Part shown: positions 34,079 to 47,572 of the stretch, piece by piece
Layout: each line of letters begins with the position of its first letter
Numbering within the stretch: the first letter of the stretch is position 1
Assembly: GCA_040437565.1 (NCBI GenBank)
Contig: JBDOQK010000012.1
Span: forward strand, 496,001-560,000
Length of the DNA: 64,000 nt
Direction: 5' to 3'
Source: Albugo candida
Taxonomy: Eukaryota
Translations under genes and position numbers: made by a program
Notes under the pieces: model-generated
The model's database searches: none
Seen by the model: only the letters and a program-made list of their open reading frames with translations
What the model was told of the DNA's origin: nothing

Positions 34079-36496
34079 CTACGATTTGAATTCCATTCCC
34101 GGCGGAGCCGTTCGCTCCTTTTCATAATCCTTTTGCGCGACTTCTTTCCAATTTGTAGAGAGAACGGTGCCTCCCGATGTTTGCTGCGATGAACGGATTA
34201 GAAATAATGTGGTGCAATACAGTAAGAGACGTACAAATGATTTGTTCATTGCTTTTCGTGTCTCGTCATCCGCCTTGCCATAAATATCTTGAAAGAGTTT
34301 CTGCAGGGCTTCTTCTCCTTCCGGCTTTTCATTTTCAAGCTCCTTTTGTATTTCTTTATCAATCTGACCCCAATCGCGTTTGCTTGAATAAGGTTGTGGT
34401 GCTGCTTTCGTTTCACAAAGTGTGTCAGGTAGATGACTACTCAATTGGTTGGGCATTTCTTCAAGTTGCTGCCAGATATAATTGTTCTTTTTCTTCAATT
34501 TAATTTCTACCTTTGTACCAAGAACTTTCCATGTTGATTCACTTTCTACCACCTCATCGAATAGCTTTTGATCGAAAGCCACAATTGTCTCATTGGCAAG
34601 TCTAATGATAACCCGGACCTATTTTCGACTCAGCAAAAGCATTCTTGGCCTATATTGAGAGTACTCTACCTCTTTGACGCCAACATCGACAGATACTTGC
34701 TCAGGTTGTAATTTTTTTTGAAGAATGGAGACGGTCACTTGCGAGTTGGATTGATACCATTCATGTCTGTAGCCGAAATCATAAAACGAAAACAATTAAG
34801 AAAGTGATGTTGTTACCTGACCCGAGGTGCCACGGCAGCATCTTTTTTGGAACTAATTGCAGCTTCTTTACTGGTTGCTCCGGTCTCAGATTTTGCTGAA
34901 TTGTCCGGGAATACATNNNNNNNNNNNNNNNNNNNNNNNNNNNNNNNNNNNNNNNNNNNNNNNNNNNNNNNNNNNNNNNNNNNNNNNNNNNNNNNNNNNN
35001 NNNNNNNNNNNNNNNNACCTCATCGAATAGCTTTTGATCGAAAGCCACAATTGTCTCATTGGCAAGTCTAATGATAACCCGGACCTATTTCCGACTCAGC
35101 AAAAGCATTCTTGGCCTATATTGAGAATACACTACCTCTTTGATGCCAACATCGACAGACACTTGCTCAGGTTGTAATTTTTTTCGAAGAATGGAGACGG
35201 TCACTTGCGAGTTGGATTGATACCATTCATGCCTGTAGCCGAAATCATAAAACGAAAATAATCAAGAAAAGTGACGTTGTTACCTGACCCGAGGTGCCAC
35301 GGCAGCATCTTTTTTGAAACTAATTGCAGCTTCTTTACTGGTTGCTCCGGTCTCAGATTTTGCTGAATTGTCCGGGAATACATCGCCATCTAGTGAGGTT
35401 ATCATCAAAAGACCATTAAATTGAACATAAACTATTCCGACCTTGAATCTCGGTATCACACTTGCGGATCCATGTCAAAAAAGGAAGTTGGTATTCGTCT
35501 GGAGCACCGGAAAGTGTCTGCTGCCCACACAAGAAGGTATCTTTGGCTTCTTCGTATCGCTCCAGCTCAAAGCACGCAATGCTATCCAAATACACATTAA
35601 GAAAAACTCTATCAAGCAATTTTCAATTCTACAGTGCCCTTTGCGTAAGTAAGCGATCGATAATGCGACATCTAATGCGACCGCATGATCCGCATCCGAG
35701 CGAGCTTCTTCCCACTTTTTGAGTTTCAGGTAGACCGCTGCGCGTTTCGAGAAGGTATCTGCATCCATATCATTTTCCTCAAGTGACTTCGAATATGCAG
35801 CAACAGCTTCGTTGAATTGCTCATCGACGAATAATGCATTTCCAAATTGCTTGGATTCCATCTCGAAATCNNNNNNNNNNNNNNNNNNNNNNNNNNNNNN
35901 NNNNNNNNNNNNNNNNNNNNNNNNNNNNNNNNNNNNNNNNNNNNNNNNNNNNNNNNNNNNNNNNNNNNNNACTGGTTGCTCCGGTCTCAGATTTTGCTGA
36001 ATTGTCCGGGAATACATCGCCATCTAGTGAGGTTATTATCAAAAAACCCATTAAATTGAACATAAACTATTCCGACCTTGTATCTCGGTATCACACTTGC
36101 GGATCCATGTCAAGAAAGGAAGTTGGTATTCGTCTGGAGCACCGGAAAGTGTCTGCTGCCCACATAAAAAGGTATCTTTGGCTTCTTCGTATCGCTCCAA
36201 CTCAAAGCACGCAATGCTATCCAAATACACATTAAGAAAAACTCTATCAAGCAATTTTCAATTCTACAATGCCCTTTGCGTAAGTAAGCGATCGATAATG
36301 CGACATCTAATGCGATCGCATGATCCGCATCCGAGCGAGCTTCTTCCCACTTTGTGAGTTTCAAGTAGACCGCTGCGCGTTTCGAGAAGGTATCTGCATC
36401 CATATCATTTTCCTCAAGTGACTTTGAATACGCAGCAAGAGCTTCGTTGAATTGCTCATCGACGAATAATGCATTTCCAAATTGCTTGGATTCCAT
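34079..36496 (-). CDS. SGT1: SGT1 HSP90 co-chaperone (TPR-CS-SGS), assembled as overlapping redundant fragments
   Basis: [19 protein letters not shown] and [55 protein letters not shown]. Confidence 0.93.
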
Positions 36497-36652
36497 CTCG
36501 AAATCCCCAAGATCAGTAGATAAGTGCGTGCATGGGAATTAAGTTCGCTGTCTAATGCGTCGAATTTGATGTGCAGTTAATGACAATAGACGGCTACATA
36601 GCCTTTGTGATGGAAAGTAACTTCGACTTGACTGATTTGGTCTCATCTCATC

Positions 36653-38251
36653 ATGTTTTTTCGTAAAACGAAGACTACATATCTTTTTCTTTCACCATTT
36701 ACTCAATTGCTCATTTCCAATAAGCTAGACCGTATGCACAAAAATGTTTCGGATAAATTTTCACAAAGTGGCTGCATTTTTCATGTGTGGAATGGGGAAC
36801 CATTGGGATTCACTATTGGATTGAAGTGGTCAGAATACAATACGTTGCCTCATCGCCGTCGAGTTGTTATAAGAAGAGTAGATTCTAGGCGCAATCCCTT
36901 ACGTGTCGGTGATGTTCTAGATGCAATTGGAGACTCACCTGTACCATCAGAACTATCCCATCCAAGAGAAATATATTCTCTCATTTATGGATTAGAGCCT
37001 CCGGTAATACTGCGATTCTATTCTTGCTCCAAAGATGTCATTTATCAGCAACAAGCTATCATGTTGACTCAGTTTCGACTTGGCATCGTACTCAGCGATC
37101 ACCTGTACAACAATAAGCGTATACCTATCGTTACATGTGTGCAGGATGTTCAGAACTGCGGAAGTAATGCAGCTCAACCAGGAGATATACTAGTCAAAGT
37201 ATGCGGAATGCACGCGATCACGATGACGCTCGATACTATAAAGAAGATCGTAGAAGATTCTGCACGCCCTATTGGGCTTTGTTTTGCAAGAATAAAGAGA
37301 ACTAAATCCTGTCCCATTTCTCAGTTCAAAAAGCGCAATAGTCTTTTTACGAGCAGTGGACTTATTTCGGAAGATGTACGATGTAGAAGCATCTCTTATT
37401 GCGATCGTAAAAGCTATAGTACTAATTTGGATAAATTGGAGTATACATCCATCATTGATGACGAAGAATTTCATACGACTTTCAATGAAAGTCGAGATAT
37501 TCTAATTTGTTGGGAATATGGAAATCTTGGAGTATCTTTGAAAGCAAGTTCGACCGGAAATTTTCCTGTTGTAAATAGGTTAACGGGAAAAGGTACTCCG
37601 AGAGGGATCAATCAGCTGCAATACGGAGATGAGCTATTTGCTGTTAATGAGAAATCAGTTGCGGGCGCCAAGGTTCGAGAACTGTGGCGTGTACTACTGA
37701 AAATAGCTAAACCCGTTGTACTGCGCTTTAAAAAAAAGGATGATGATACGCATGCAATTTGGAAAGATAATATGTACGAGCAAAATAGGAGGCATTATCC
37801 GTTACTCCATTCAAACGATCGGTGCTATCAGAACGGTACTTCTAGCGATAGTTTGGATGATAGTGTCACGGACTCTAGAATTTCAAATCCATTGATATCA
37901 ATAGATCACGAGGACACGGACGATGATAGCGAATGGGAAGATGCTGCAAAGGTTTTTGTGCATCGAATTAGAGTGAGAAATCATTTGGTGTCCTATGAGC
38001 TTACTTGGAACGATGGACCACTTGGTCTTCGATTACGCGACTACGATCAGCCACCTCAAGGCCGTGTTATTTTGATTGAGGAGATTCTACAGCATAGTAT
38101 TATTGCGCAACTAGGCTGTGTGAAAGTGGGCGACAAACTTGCAAGTATCAATGGCCTCAAAATCAAGCAAAATACTCTGATAATTGGAAAGCTCGATAAA
38201 ATTTGCAAGATTTCGAAACCTGTCATACTGGGGTTTGTACGAAAGGCTTAA
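36653..38251 (+). CDS. Intronless protein with about four PDZ-like domains
   Basis: EPLGF, FRLGI, GNLGV, GPLGL each followed by GD.L..(I/V)xG/E and P..L.F. Confidence 0.75.
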   Translation: MFFRKTKTTYLFLSPFTQLLISNKLDRMHKNVSDKFSQSGCIFHVWNGEPLGFTIGLKWSEYNTLPHRRRVVIRRVDSRRNPLRVGDVLDAIGDSPVPSELSHPREIYSLIYGLEPPVILRFYSCSKDVIYQQQAIMLTQFRLGIVLSDHLYNNKRIPIVTCVQDVQNCGSNAAQPGDILVKVCGMHAITMTLDTIKKIVEDSARPIGLCFARIKRTKSCPISQFKKRNSLFTSSGLISEDVRCRSISYCDRKSYSTNLDKLEYTSIIDDEEFHTTFNESRDILICWEYGNLGVSLKASSTGNFPVVNRLTGKGTPRGINQLQYGDELFAVNEKSVAGAKVRELWRVLLKIAKPVVLRFKKKDDDTHAIWKDNMYEQNRRHYPLLHSNDRCYQNGTSSDSLDDSVTDSRISNPLISIDHEDTDDDSEWEDAAKVFVHRIRVRNHLVSYELTWNDGPLGLRLRDYDQPPQGRVILIEEILQHSIIAQLGCVKVGDKLASINGLKIKQNTLIIGKLDKICKISKPVILGFVRKA

Positions 38252-39155
38252 TCGATATATTGCGAATCCTATGTGACTTGAAGATTCCGCTGCGTGTCCA
38301 TAATTGCTCCATTTATCACTCGAGACAACTAATTCTGTCAGGATCACGAGTTGGTCCATCCAATTGGGTCAGTAAGCAACTGAATCACACTTGTATATAT
38401 ATGTATATAAATAGACCGAGCAATGCACAATCTTTTATAGCATATTTTTCGTCGTTATGACGATCGGTCAATTTCTGTGAACTAGTGCCTTTAGAGTACT
38501 ATTTGCGCAATTTATATGATATTTTTGGAACGAATGCAGTTAGGCGCGACACAACCTGGTAGGCTCTTGTGACGTGTCAGTCATGCAGCTAATTCTAGTC
38601 AAAACGGGGAATCATCGCGAACAAGAAGGAAGATTGAGACTCTTGCAGACCGTTAAAGTAATTTGTCGCCATCACTGAGTGAATCAAATACTAGGTTGAT
38701 GTTCTGTTAAAGCTACATTTACCATCAATGTTGTAAAGCGACCCGCAACAGCTGATGGAACGAGTGTCATCTTTTGTGAAGCTTTCATTCCTCAACCTTT
38801 CCTTAATGTTCAGAACTATAGTTGAGCAAATAAATCTTGTAGATGTAACTTACTCGTTGACATTCAAGCTATACTCAGTACGTTATCTCTTAACTCGGAG
38901 TTGCAATCTTCGCATGCATGTGCATCAAGAAGCTTAGCCTAATCATGACGTATTCTATTTTTGTTTCTTTTTCAACCAAATGCTCGTAATTCATTTTTTT
39001 TATAGTTGAACCACGTATTCTGCTTTTTGTATACCAAGTGTGTGCTACTGGTTTTCAGTTCAGCAAGTTTACAGAGTCAGTTTCACGCTCTAATTTCTGC
39101 GATTGACGTGATCTGTGTGGCCTTTTCCAGCTGAACGTCGCTTTATTTCAAAAGG

Positions 39156-41493
39156 ATGAAAATAAGTAAAGCTTCGAGAGCTGTTAAAGTTGGTGAAGAC
39201 AATACTTGTGAACATGATCAGGTATCCATATGCCTCATGAAATCATTGATACCATTGATCGATCTTCAGAATGTAAAGTCGAACCTGTCAAGCAACCAGT
39301 CCTCACAAAATCAGAACCAGAGGCCTAGGTAAGTATTTTCATCCAGCAGATTTTAGTGTCTAGTAGCTCTCAATATGTGTATACTTGACTAGATCGTGCT
39401 TCAATACCAAGTCAGAAACATTCTCGAACGTAAACAATAATGGAAGGAAGCACGATATTGATCAGGTTGGCTGATATGAAATGGCAAAATCTGTCGCTGA
39501 TTTAGCAAGTTGAACAGCAGAATTCACACACTTTACATAATCTCGACGCAGTGACTAGTGTTCAGGGTCTGGCTATAGAGATACAAAAAATCAAGCATTC
39601 TCATCTTGATGATCCCGTTGGGCATGACAATAGTCAGGACAAAACAATTAGTAGAAAAGATACGAGAAGGTTCATTTTCCCATCCTCATGCACTGCTTTT
39701 GCTCATCTAGAATGTAGTGTGCGTTCAAATCTGTTACTAAAAATTCCGTCCGAAGATCACGATTCCGTTGACCCTCCCAACTGTAAATTCACGGCAAGCC
39801 CGATTCTAAGAGTTACTCATGGCTCACCCAGTAGAGGCAGATTTGATGTACCTAAGAGCGGAATTGATGAGGCCACCGTACAGAAATTTGAGGATGGCTT
39901 CCAACTCGACCTTCAAATTGCAGAGGAAGATGTAAAGAAATCTTATAGCGTCTCATCGTCCGGTACTTTCGATGCGATTTCTTTCAGAGTACGTCAAGAC
40001 GGATTGATTTGTTCCCCAAGTGATCTTCGAGGTCGTTCTCGGATCGATAGAGGATTGTCAGCCCGAGAGAGCCACACGTCCACACATACTATACGAAAAC
40101 AATTTCTCAAATTAGGTGTGCTAGGTCGGGGTGCTAGTGGAGTCGTGCACAAAGCGATTCACCTCCCATCGCTCATGCTGGTGGCTATCAAGGATATTCC
40201 AGTTTATGAGTGTGCGAAGCGTCATCAGCTTATTGCCGAAATTAAGACGCTGTACGATAACTTGTCGACTTTATCGGATGACAATACTACTAAAGCTTTA
40301 CGGACTTTGGCTCCTTGTCCCGAAATCCTTTGCTTATACGATGCTTACATGAACCCAAATGAAGGTTATGTATCCATTGTCGTCGAATATATGGACGGAG
40401 GATCATTACAAGACATTGTCGATAGCGGTGGTTGTAACTCGGAACTGGTGTTAGCCAATATTGCTCGATGCGTCTTAAAAGGCCTGAGTTATCTTCACAA
40501 TAAGCATCAGTTGCATCGAGATATCAAACCCAGCAATCTATTAATCAATCACTTTGGTGAAGTGAAGATATCGGACTTTGGTATTGCACGCGAAATGGAA
40601 GATTCTATGGCCAAGGCAACCACGTTTGTTGGAACACTCACATACATGTCGCCGGAACGTATCGCGAGCGAAGTAAGGATCCACACTGCCATTATGAAAT
40701 TCGTGAGGGAATTGTCTCTGTGATGTATAGGAATATTCTTATCAATCAGATGTATGGTCCCTGGGGCTCTCCATTCTGACTTGTGCTTTGGGCAAATTTC
40801 CATATTCCTCGAAAAATGGGTACTGGGAACTGCTTCACAAAATCCGAAATGAGCCGGTGAGTGCACTGTCTACAGTCAGCATTTCCTCATTTTTGTGTGA
40901 GATAGCCTCCAATGTTGCCGAAAGATAGCTTTTCCAACACATTTCGTGATTTTATGGCGAAATGTCTGGCCAAAAACGAGGCTGAGCGTTGGACCGTCCA
41001 GCAATTACTTCTTCATCCATTTGTAAGGCAATCATCTCGCAAAAACCATTGTAGCACTGCCAATCCAGCTGAGTACCGGCATATTCTAAGAAGAGCGGAA
41101 GCTCAGCAGACGCGACCCGAAATTGTGGATCGTGACCAAATAGACATGCTAGCCGAGACCGTTGTGGCTTCATATAGAAAGGCTGCGAAGAAGCTGATTG
41201 ACGCAAAGCGTCTGCACCCTCAAGAGACTGTGGCATGGGTAGAAGGACTTCCTGCAATGCAAAAGCCGTACGCTTTCTTTTCGAGTCTTAATTTGAGTGC
41301 TGGAAGACGTAAATACTGTCCTTGTAGAAAATTGGATCGATTGGCATATCAGGTCGGAGCATCAGAACAATATGTTACCCAGACATTTCACACAAGAATG
41401 AAAAACATGCTGTATTCATTGCGCCATTCGAGCACTGATGAATGTGGTCGAGATAAAATAGTCTCAAGTGATTTTGATGCATTTGAATGTTAA
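39156..41493 (+). CDS. MAP kinase kinase (STE7/MEK), multi-exon
   Basis: GRGASGVV, VAIK, EYMDGGSL, HRDIKPSN, DFG..SMAKATTFVGTLTYMSPERI; three upstream exons splice in frame. Confidence 0.9.
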
Positions 41494-41563
41494 TGGAAAT
41501 AACATAACAATTCTGAGCCTCAACTGGTGTTTCCAGCTATAGATCTAGAATTATGCCAAGAAA

Positions 41564-42784
41564 TCATCTGTCGATTGCAGTAGCATCCAATTGTTCCAAA
41601 TTGGGTAGCATTTCAATCACTTTTTGTCGGTAATTCTCGGCCCTTTTGACATAATCGCAAATTAGCACAACATTTCGTGCAGAACATGCTAGTAGACTTA
41701 CTTTGATACAGGATTTCGCTCTAGATAAAGAGTTGTCAGCTTCAGAGGCTCCAAATTCTCAACGTCATCAAAGCGCTCTATTTTGTTATCATTCAGCCAT
41801 AGATCTTCCAAATTAACAAGACGTGCAATATTAGACGGAATCTTTATGATTTCATTCGCCCCAACATCTAGGATTTCTAGTTTGGTCTGATAAAGCGCCA
41901 TCAATCACAAAATGTGCTAATTTATTTGCTGTGAATAACACGCACCAGATTTTCCAGATTCTTGAGAGTGTCGATGCCATTATGACTCAAGTATAACTCA
42001 GTCAAATTCGACAATTGATTCAAGCCTTCTATATCCACCAAACGATTACTCTGTATACTGAGGATACGTAAGGAATTCAAGCATTCCAATTTCTCTATCT
42101 TTTCGATCTTATTCTTCCCTAGCCACAGCTGCTCCAAGTTCTCCAATTGATCCAAACCTTCAATGCGCCGAATTCGATTTGCACCCATATCGAGTTTCTT
42201 CAGACCTGAGAGTTTATTTATTCCGGTGATGGCAACCAATTTATTGCTTGCGACGTATAATTCACGTAATTGAGATAGCTGGCTCAAATCAGGGAGAACG
42301 CGAATCTCATTGAAGCTCAAATCCAACACTATTGTTTTGTAATAGCATGCGACTCAAACTTTTTTCATGACTAAATACCTTGTAGATTGACGAGTTCATT
42401 TAGACAGGAGATCGACTTGATTCGATTATCGTAGAGCTCCAAATGTATCAACGATTTGAGTGACTCCACTCCAGCCATAGATGACAAAAGATTTGAGCGT
42501 ACTTGAAGTATCTGTGTAAGAAGAATTTCTCAGTTGACGAGATTTCAAACTCATGTCTGAGACTTCAATACTTTCAGCTTTTGCATCCTCTCCAGACCAT
42601 TGAGTTGAGTCACTTTCTGTCCAGAAGTTCCGACATAGCAAATCTCCTAATTTATGAATTTGTAAGTCGTTTGAACTAATGCGGTAGCAATACTGAATAG
42701 TACTTCAGCATCTTCTTCCAAATCTATGCAATCAGTGAGATTCACCCCATCCGAAGCTGTATTCTCTTCAACACTTGGGGTCAT
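41564..42784 (-). CDS. SDS22: PP1 regulatory subunit SDS22 (LRR), multi-exon
   Basis: LDLSFNEI, LYVASNKL, LDMGANRIRRIEGL, LWLGKNKI, LSIQSNRL, LYLSHNGI, LWLNDN, YLERNP, YRQKV..LP.L.QLDA. Confidence 0.9.
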
Positions 42785-42899
42785 GAGTCTTCACAGTGTC
42801 GACCTGCAGATAACCAGTACCTAACCAGTATTGAGCGCATCAGTCGGTACTCGGTGCAGAGGTCAAAGCGAGCCGTCGATCACTGCATTTGTCGCGACA

Positions 42900-44072
42900 A
42901 TGGAAGGAATGTTGAATTACTTCATTCCTGAAGATGGTGATTCATCTGATCACATGAATGTTGTACCACTTCCTGCAGTTGATCGACTTATTTTGAAGCA
43001 TATTGAAGAGGTTGGCTGAATACTCTGATGCATCTTAACACTTATTTTATTGGAAATGATTTGCCTTGTAGATCTTCCCGCTTCCCGGAGAATTTCACTA
43101 TCGATTCAAAACACAGTTTGAAGGAACTTATGGTACACGTCGGATTCCAAACACTCGGTGATAAGGCGTTCTTACTTCACAAAACTCGTGCCGTATGGCT
43201 GATAGTTTGGCTTGATTTGACCGATGGTGATGATGTTGTACCCAGTTACAATGGAATTATCGTGAGCAAGATATCTCGAATAAGGCTAGTCAAGACACCG
43301 ATGAAGCAGCACGTTAGAGAATCAGTCAAAATGCCAGATTTGATTGAGACGCACATACATGACCACACAGAAGGTAAAGCCTCATTGCGCATTTCATTGC
43401 TGGAATAAGTCAGAGATACATTTTTCTTAGCAAAACAAGAAGAAAAGCAAGCAAAAGCATCAACTCCTAAACACTTTGATAATGATCTTGTTGGACTTGT
43501 ACGACCTCTACGCTATACCGAAGTCTCCTTATTTCACCTCATATTCGTGTATCGTCTTTCAGTTGTCAGATCCTATAGTTCCTACGTCGCCAATCAGTGG
43601 AGCTTCGGCAAAACCACCAACTCCTATCCAGTCCTCTGCAACGGTACGCAAAGCTCAAAATATCAAGTGCACCTTTGAATGTAATGTCGATGCTTGGTAC
43701 TTGCAGGCTCCGGTATCAGATCCTTTTAATTTGTTCGATGCCGCAACAAATCCTTTAGTACATCCGATCCAGTCTAGCACAAATGGAGCATCACGTAACA
43801 TACCAAAGCCTTCAGTCACTTCACCCATTCATAATTTCAGTAATCAAGGTCCATATAGTCCCATGAGGAAAACCTCTGCTTCAGCAACCATGCAAAATGC
43901 TCCCGTAATGCGATCACCACCCGGTAATATGAATATCAGTCAAATGGGCCAACACATGGGGATGAATTCGATGCCAAATAGTGGTCCGAATATTCCGGGA
44001 AACAACAGCTTCCAGGGCTTACAATGGCAAGGGATGGGAGGTGGATCCGGCCAACAACAACGTAAATGGTAG
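42900..44072 (+). CDS. DIX-like domain protein with Pro/Ser/Met/Gly-rich disordered tail, multi-exon
   Basis: Spliced YFIPEDGD..FPLPGEFHYRFK..YVWLDL..VP.YNG.IVSK. Confidence 0.7.
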
Positions 44073-44199
44073 AGTAGGTTATATAGTTCCCATACAGCTG
44101 ATCCGGTAGCGAGTTAATCTTACAAACATTTAGCTTCCTCGCTATAGCTTGACTATCATACTTTATTTTATGAGACCTCTAGTTTTGACAACTTCGCTT

Positions 44200-45556
44200 T
44201 CATAAGTCTAATTCGTTTGCATGCGTGCGGCAAAACCCTTTCTTCTTCACAAGCTTTGGACAATATTCGATTCTACACTTCTTTTTGCCGCCATGTGCGG
44301 TGCATAAGTTTTGACGCACTACGCCCTTACCACATCCTGGCATGCAACATCTTCTTCCACCTCCGTGACGAATGCATAAACCCATACTTCGTTGAATGTT
44401 GGTGCATCCTTTGGTTCGACAGACGCGACCTCCACCATGAGCCACACAAAGCCCTTGGTTCTGTGCACCACGACTGCATCCCGCTTGTTGACACCGCCGA
44501 CCTCCACCGTGATTGATGCAGAGGCCACGAGTTACAGCATTACGCGTACAGCTTTGCACATTGCAGCTTTTACTTCTTCGTTTGTTATCTCCTCTACTCG
44601 TTACTCGTGTCTCGGGTAGGTTGACATTGTGTGTATCACCTTCTACATTTTGCTCAAAATGCCCATTGTCGCGGTTTTCTAAAGTGCTAAAAAATTTAAA
44701 AAACACATAGGAAGTAGAGTAGAGTAAGAGTTCGATAGAAATATGTGGGCTTGAATATGCTTGCTTACCGAGTTTCAGGTGCTGATGAATGATGATATCG
44801 AGCGTCGGGCGACTTTTCTGAGAGATTATTTACATGATACAAAAAAGGAGTGGAAGACTTTGTAGTGTCTCCCGTCATAATTGATCTAGGCGAGAGCAGC
44901 AATTTGATCGCTGGAAGTATGTTGGCACTACCCAACCTGTTATCATAGGAATTGACTATGTGATTTGATCCATTAAGTCGACATTGTGGACGTTCGGAGC
45001 AATGCATGCTCCTTTCGATGATTGAAGGCTGAGAATGGGAACGATGATAATGGGAGCGCCGGAGTGTTTTTTCAGAATTCGACGGATTTATCGTCGCGAA
45101 GGATGGAAGCCGAGGATAATCATTGAATGATGGAAACAGTGGCGCGTTACTTGTGCGGAAAGGCCGAGCATTTGCATCATATGAGTTGGACGCCTTCACT
45201 GGACCAATGCTTCGTGCATTGATGTCCGTCTCAATACTGGCTTTCGAGATATGGCGTGTGCTTGAATCCGGGAGTAGATGACTTGAGTCAGTAAAGGCAT
45301 CTCGCAGAAAGGATGTCGATTTTGATTGCATTCCACTGTTGGGTATGCTGGTGTTTGCTAACACCTTTGTTTCCACGCTTGAAGGTCCTATCTCGAAGCC
45401 TTGGTAAGGCGAAGCTGGATGATTGCTTCCCGTATAGGTTTTTTCGTCACTCACGCTAAGCGGATGTAGCAATTGACTTAGTTTTCTACTGGATAGTAAT
45501 CTCGTGCTTTGTAGGTGCTGCTCATCTACGAATACTGAGTGAGGCTTCACCATCAT
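44200..45556 (-). CDS. WRKY19-like C-x4-C-x9/10-C-x2-H(GG) zinc-finger repeat protein, one intron
   Basis: Five repeats such as CQQAGCSRGAQNQGLCVAHGGG after a Ser-rich exon. Confidence 0.85.
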
Positions 45557-47572
45557 CAATACATAGAAAAAGCGCTACCTTGCTTCGGATAGGGGTCCCT
45601 GGCTAGGGACCCTGAACAGCGCATTCTCATTGACGATGGAGAAGTGAATGTTAGCGCTGATTGTGTCATAGAATGCATTGGGCTTTCATAAAATGCATAC
45701 ATTGTAAAAAATGGTAGGTCACCTTAAGCTAGAATGTGTGGACTGGACTTAGGTTTGCGAAAATAATACCAACAAAAAATGACTACACTCGCTTCAGGTG
45801 ATACTGCAACGCTTTTTGATTTAATGATGAGATAAAGTACATTCGTAAAAATACATACGCAATCTATTAAGTATCAAATGTATAATAGACATGCTAGCAT
45901 AAAGGGCATTAGAGTCCGCGAAGAATAGCTGTGTGGAATATTTCACGAGATGCTCTACTTCTAGCGAACGTATTCTCGTAAACGCGCTTTAGGTCGTACC
46001 TACAGATATTCGTCAACGAGGTGGGGTCTCAGTAATTACGCATACTAACATTTTTGTGTTTATTCTGAGTCAAAAATTGGATAGGACTATGTTTTAGGTT
46101 TTTTAGGCACCTCAATCATTTCACCTGGGAGCCACCAACCTGTGTAGGGCCGTCTATATGAGTAAGGGTGGTCAAACGCAGCCGCGATTGTATTGCGTAC
46201 CCCTTCGTGAAAAGTACGTAACAAGTTAGCCGGGCTGAGCTCCAATTCTATATATGGCTAGCTCCTTTCTAAATCAATTTGGCTTTATTGCGTGCGTCTA
46301 TCGCCGCTCTATGTTTCCGAATTTGTTTCCCTTTACATTGCGAAATATGTTGATTGAGTAAGCTTGGTAGTTATTGCCGAATTTGAACTGCGGATGCGCC
46401 AACTCAGATCTTATTGATGGTGATAATAAATCTAAGCTTGTTATTAACCATGTTGTCCTTTTTGACCGACATTATTCCACTTAGAATCAGGGTCCGACTT
46501 GGATAGCAATGCACGGTAATTTTATTTACTTGTATTTAGTCCACTCTTATTCTGTTCGTCATGCTAATCAAAAAGAATAATCCCGTGACGCTAGACTTTT
46601 TCGCACTAGTGACTTGACGAAATGTACCCTCACCATTTCACGCATGAGGCTTGTGTATTCTCCTTACATCATTCTGATCAGATAAGTAAATTTCTATGGC
46701 CGCAATCAGAATTACAAGACTCTTCAGATATGACCACACCAGCAGATGGACATACTGATCACCCTCTGGACCAATCACGTTCTACAGCTCCGGATCGCTG
46801 AGTCTTTGTATCTGAGAACAGGAACATATCGTCACATCGTTTGCTGCCAATTCCAGAAACACACTTATCGCTCAATTGCGATGTGGATCACTGAGCAGAT
46901 TTTGTGATATGCTTCGAAACCTCACATGGGCAGAGACAATATATTCAATTGGCTATGATCAGTACGAGCGCTCAGATGATGTTGCTACACTTCATTGAGC
47001 ATACCAGCACTATGGCTTGCGACAGGCTGAGATGACGTCAATTATACAAACATTTGACTACACCTTGTGCAGAACATATATCACCATGCGTCGAGTGCCA
47101 TCAGTAGAGCCCAAGAGATTGCATCATGACATTCTAGTCAGTATGTACAGTATGTGGAAAGCAAGCGTCTAGAGCAATTGAGGACTCCGTTGTCTCAAGC
47201 TTATTATCATATATGGTATATTTCCATTGATCAGAAGAATTCTATAAAGGAATTGTTTGCCAAGGTCTTATATTACCAGCATGTGTGTCTTCTCGCAAAA
47301 TCGAGATTTAGAGAAGATGGAATGGCTGACACAAGCATTGGGGTACCTGATAACTTCTGTGAGCTTGAAAGACTTTCTATAGCCTGAAAATGAATGCATG
47401 TCTCTTATAAAATACAGCCGACAGATTGCCCTTTTGAAAAGTACCATTGATTTATTTGTCGAATCAAGCAAGTTAACATTCTGACCTTGTATCTCTATGT
47501 TCACGCATAATTTGTATATCTGACAATGTGACTGCGCAGGACGATGCAAAATTCATTTCGAAATGCTGTATA

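Noticed and set aside
45593-45612. Hairpin GGGTCCCT-ggct-AGGGACCC upstream of the zinc-finger gene
   Set aside because: Single 8-bp stem with no supporting context
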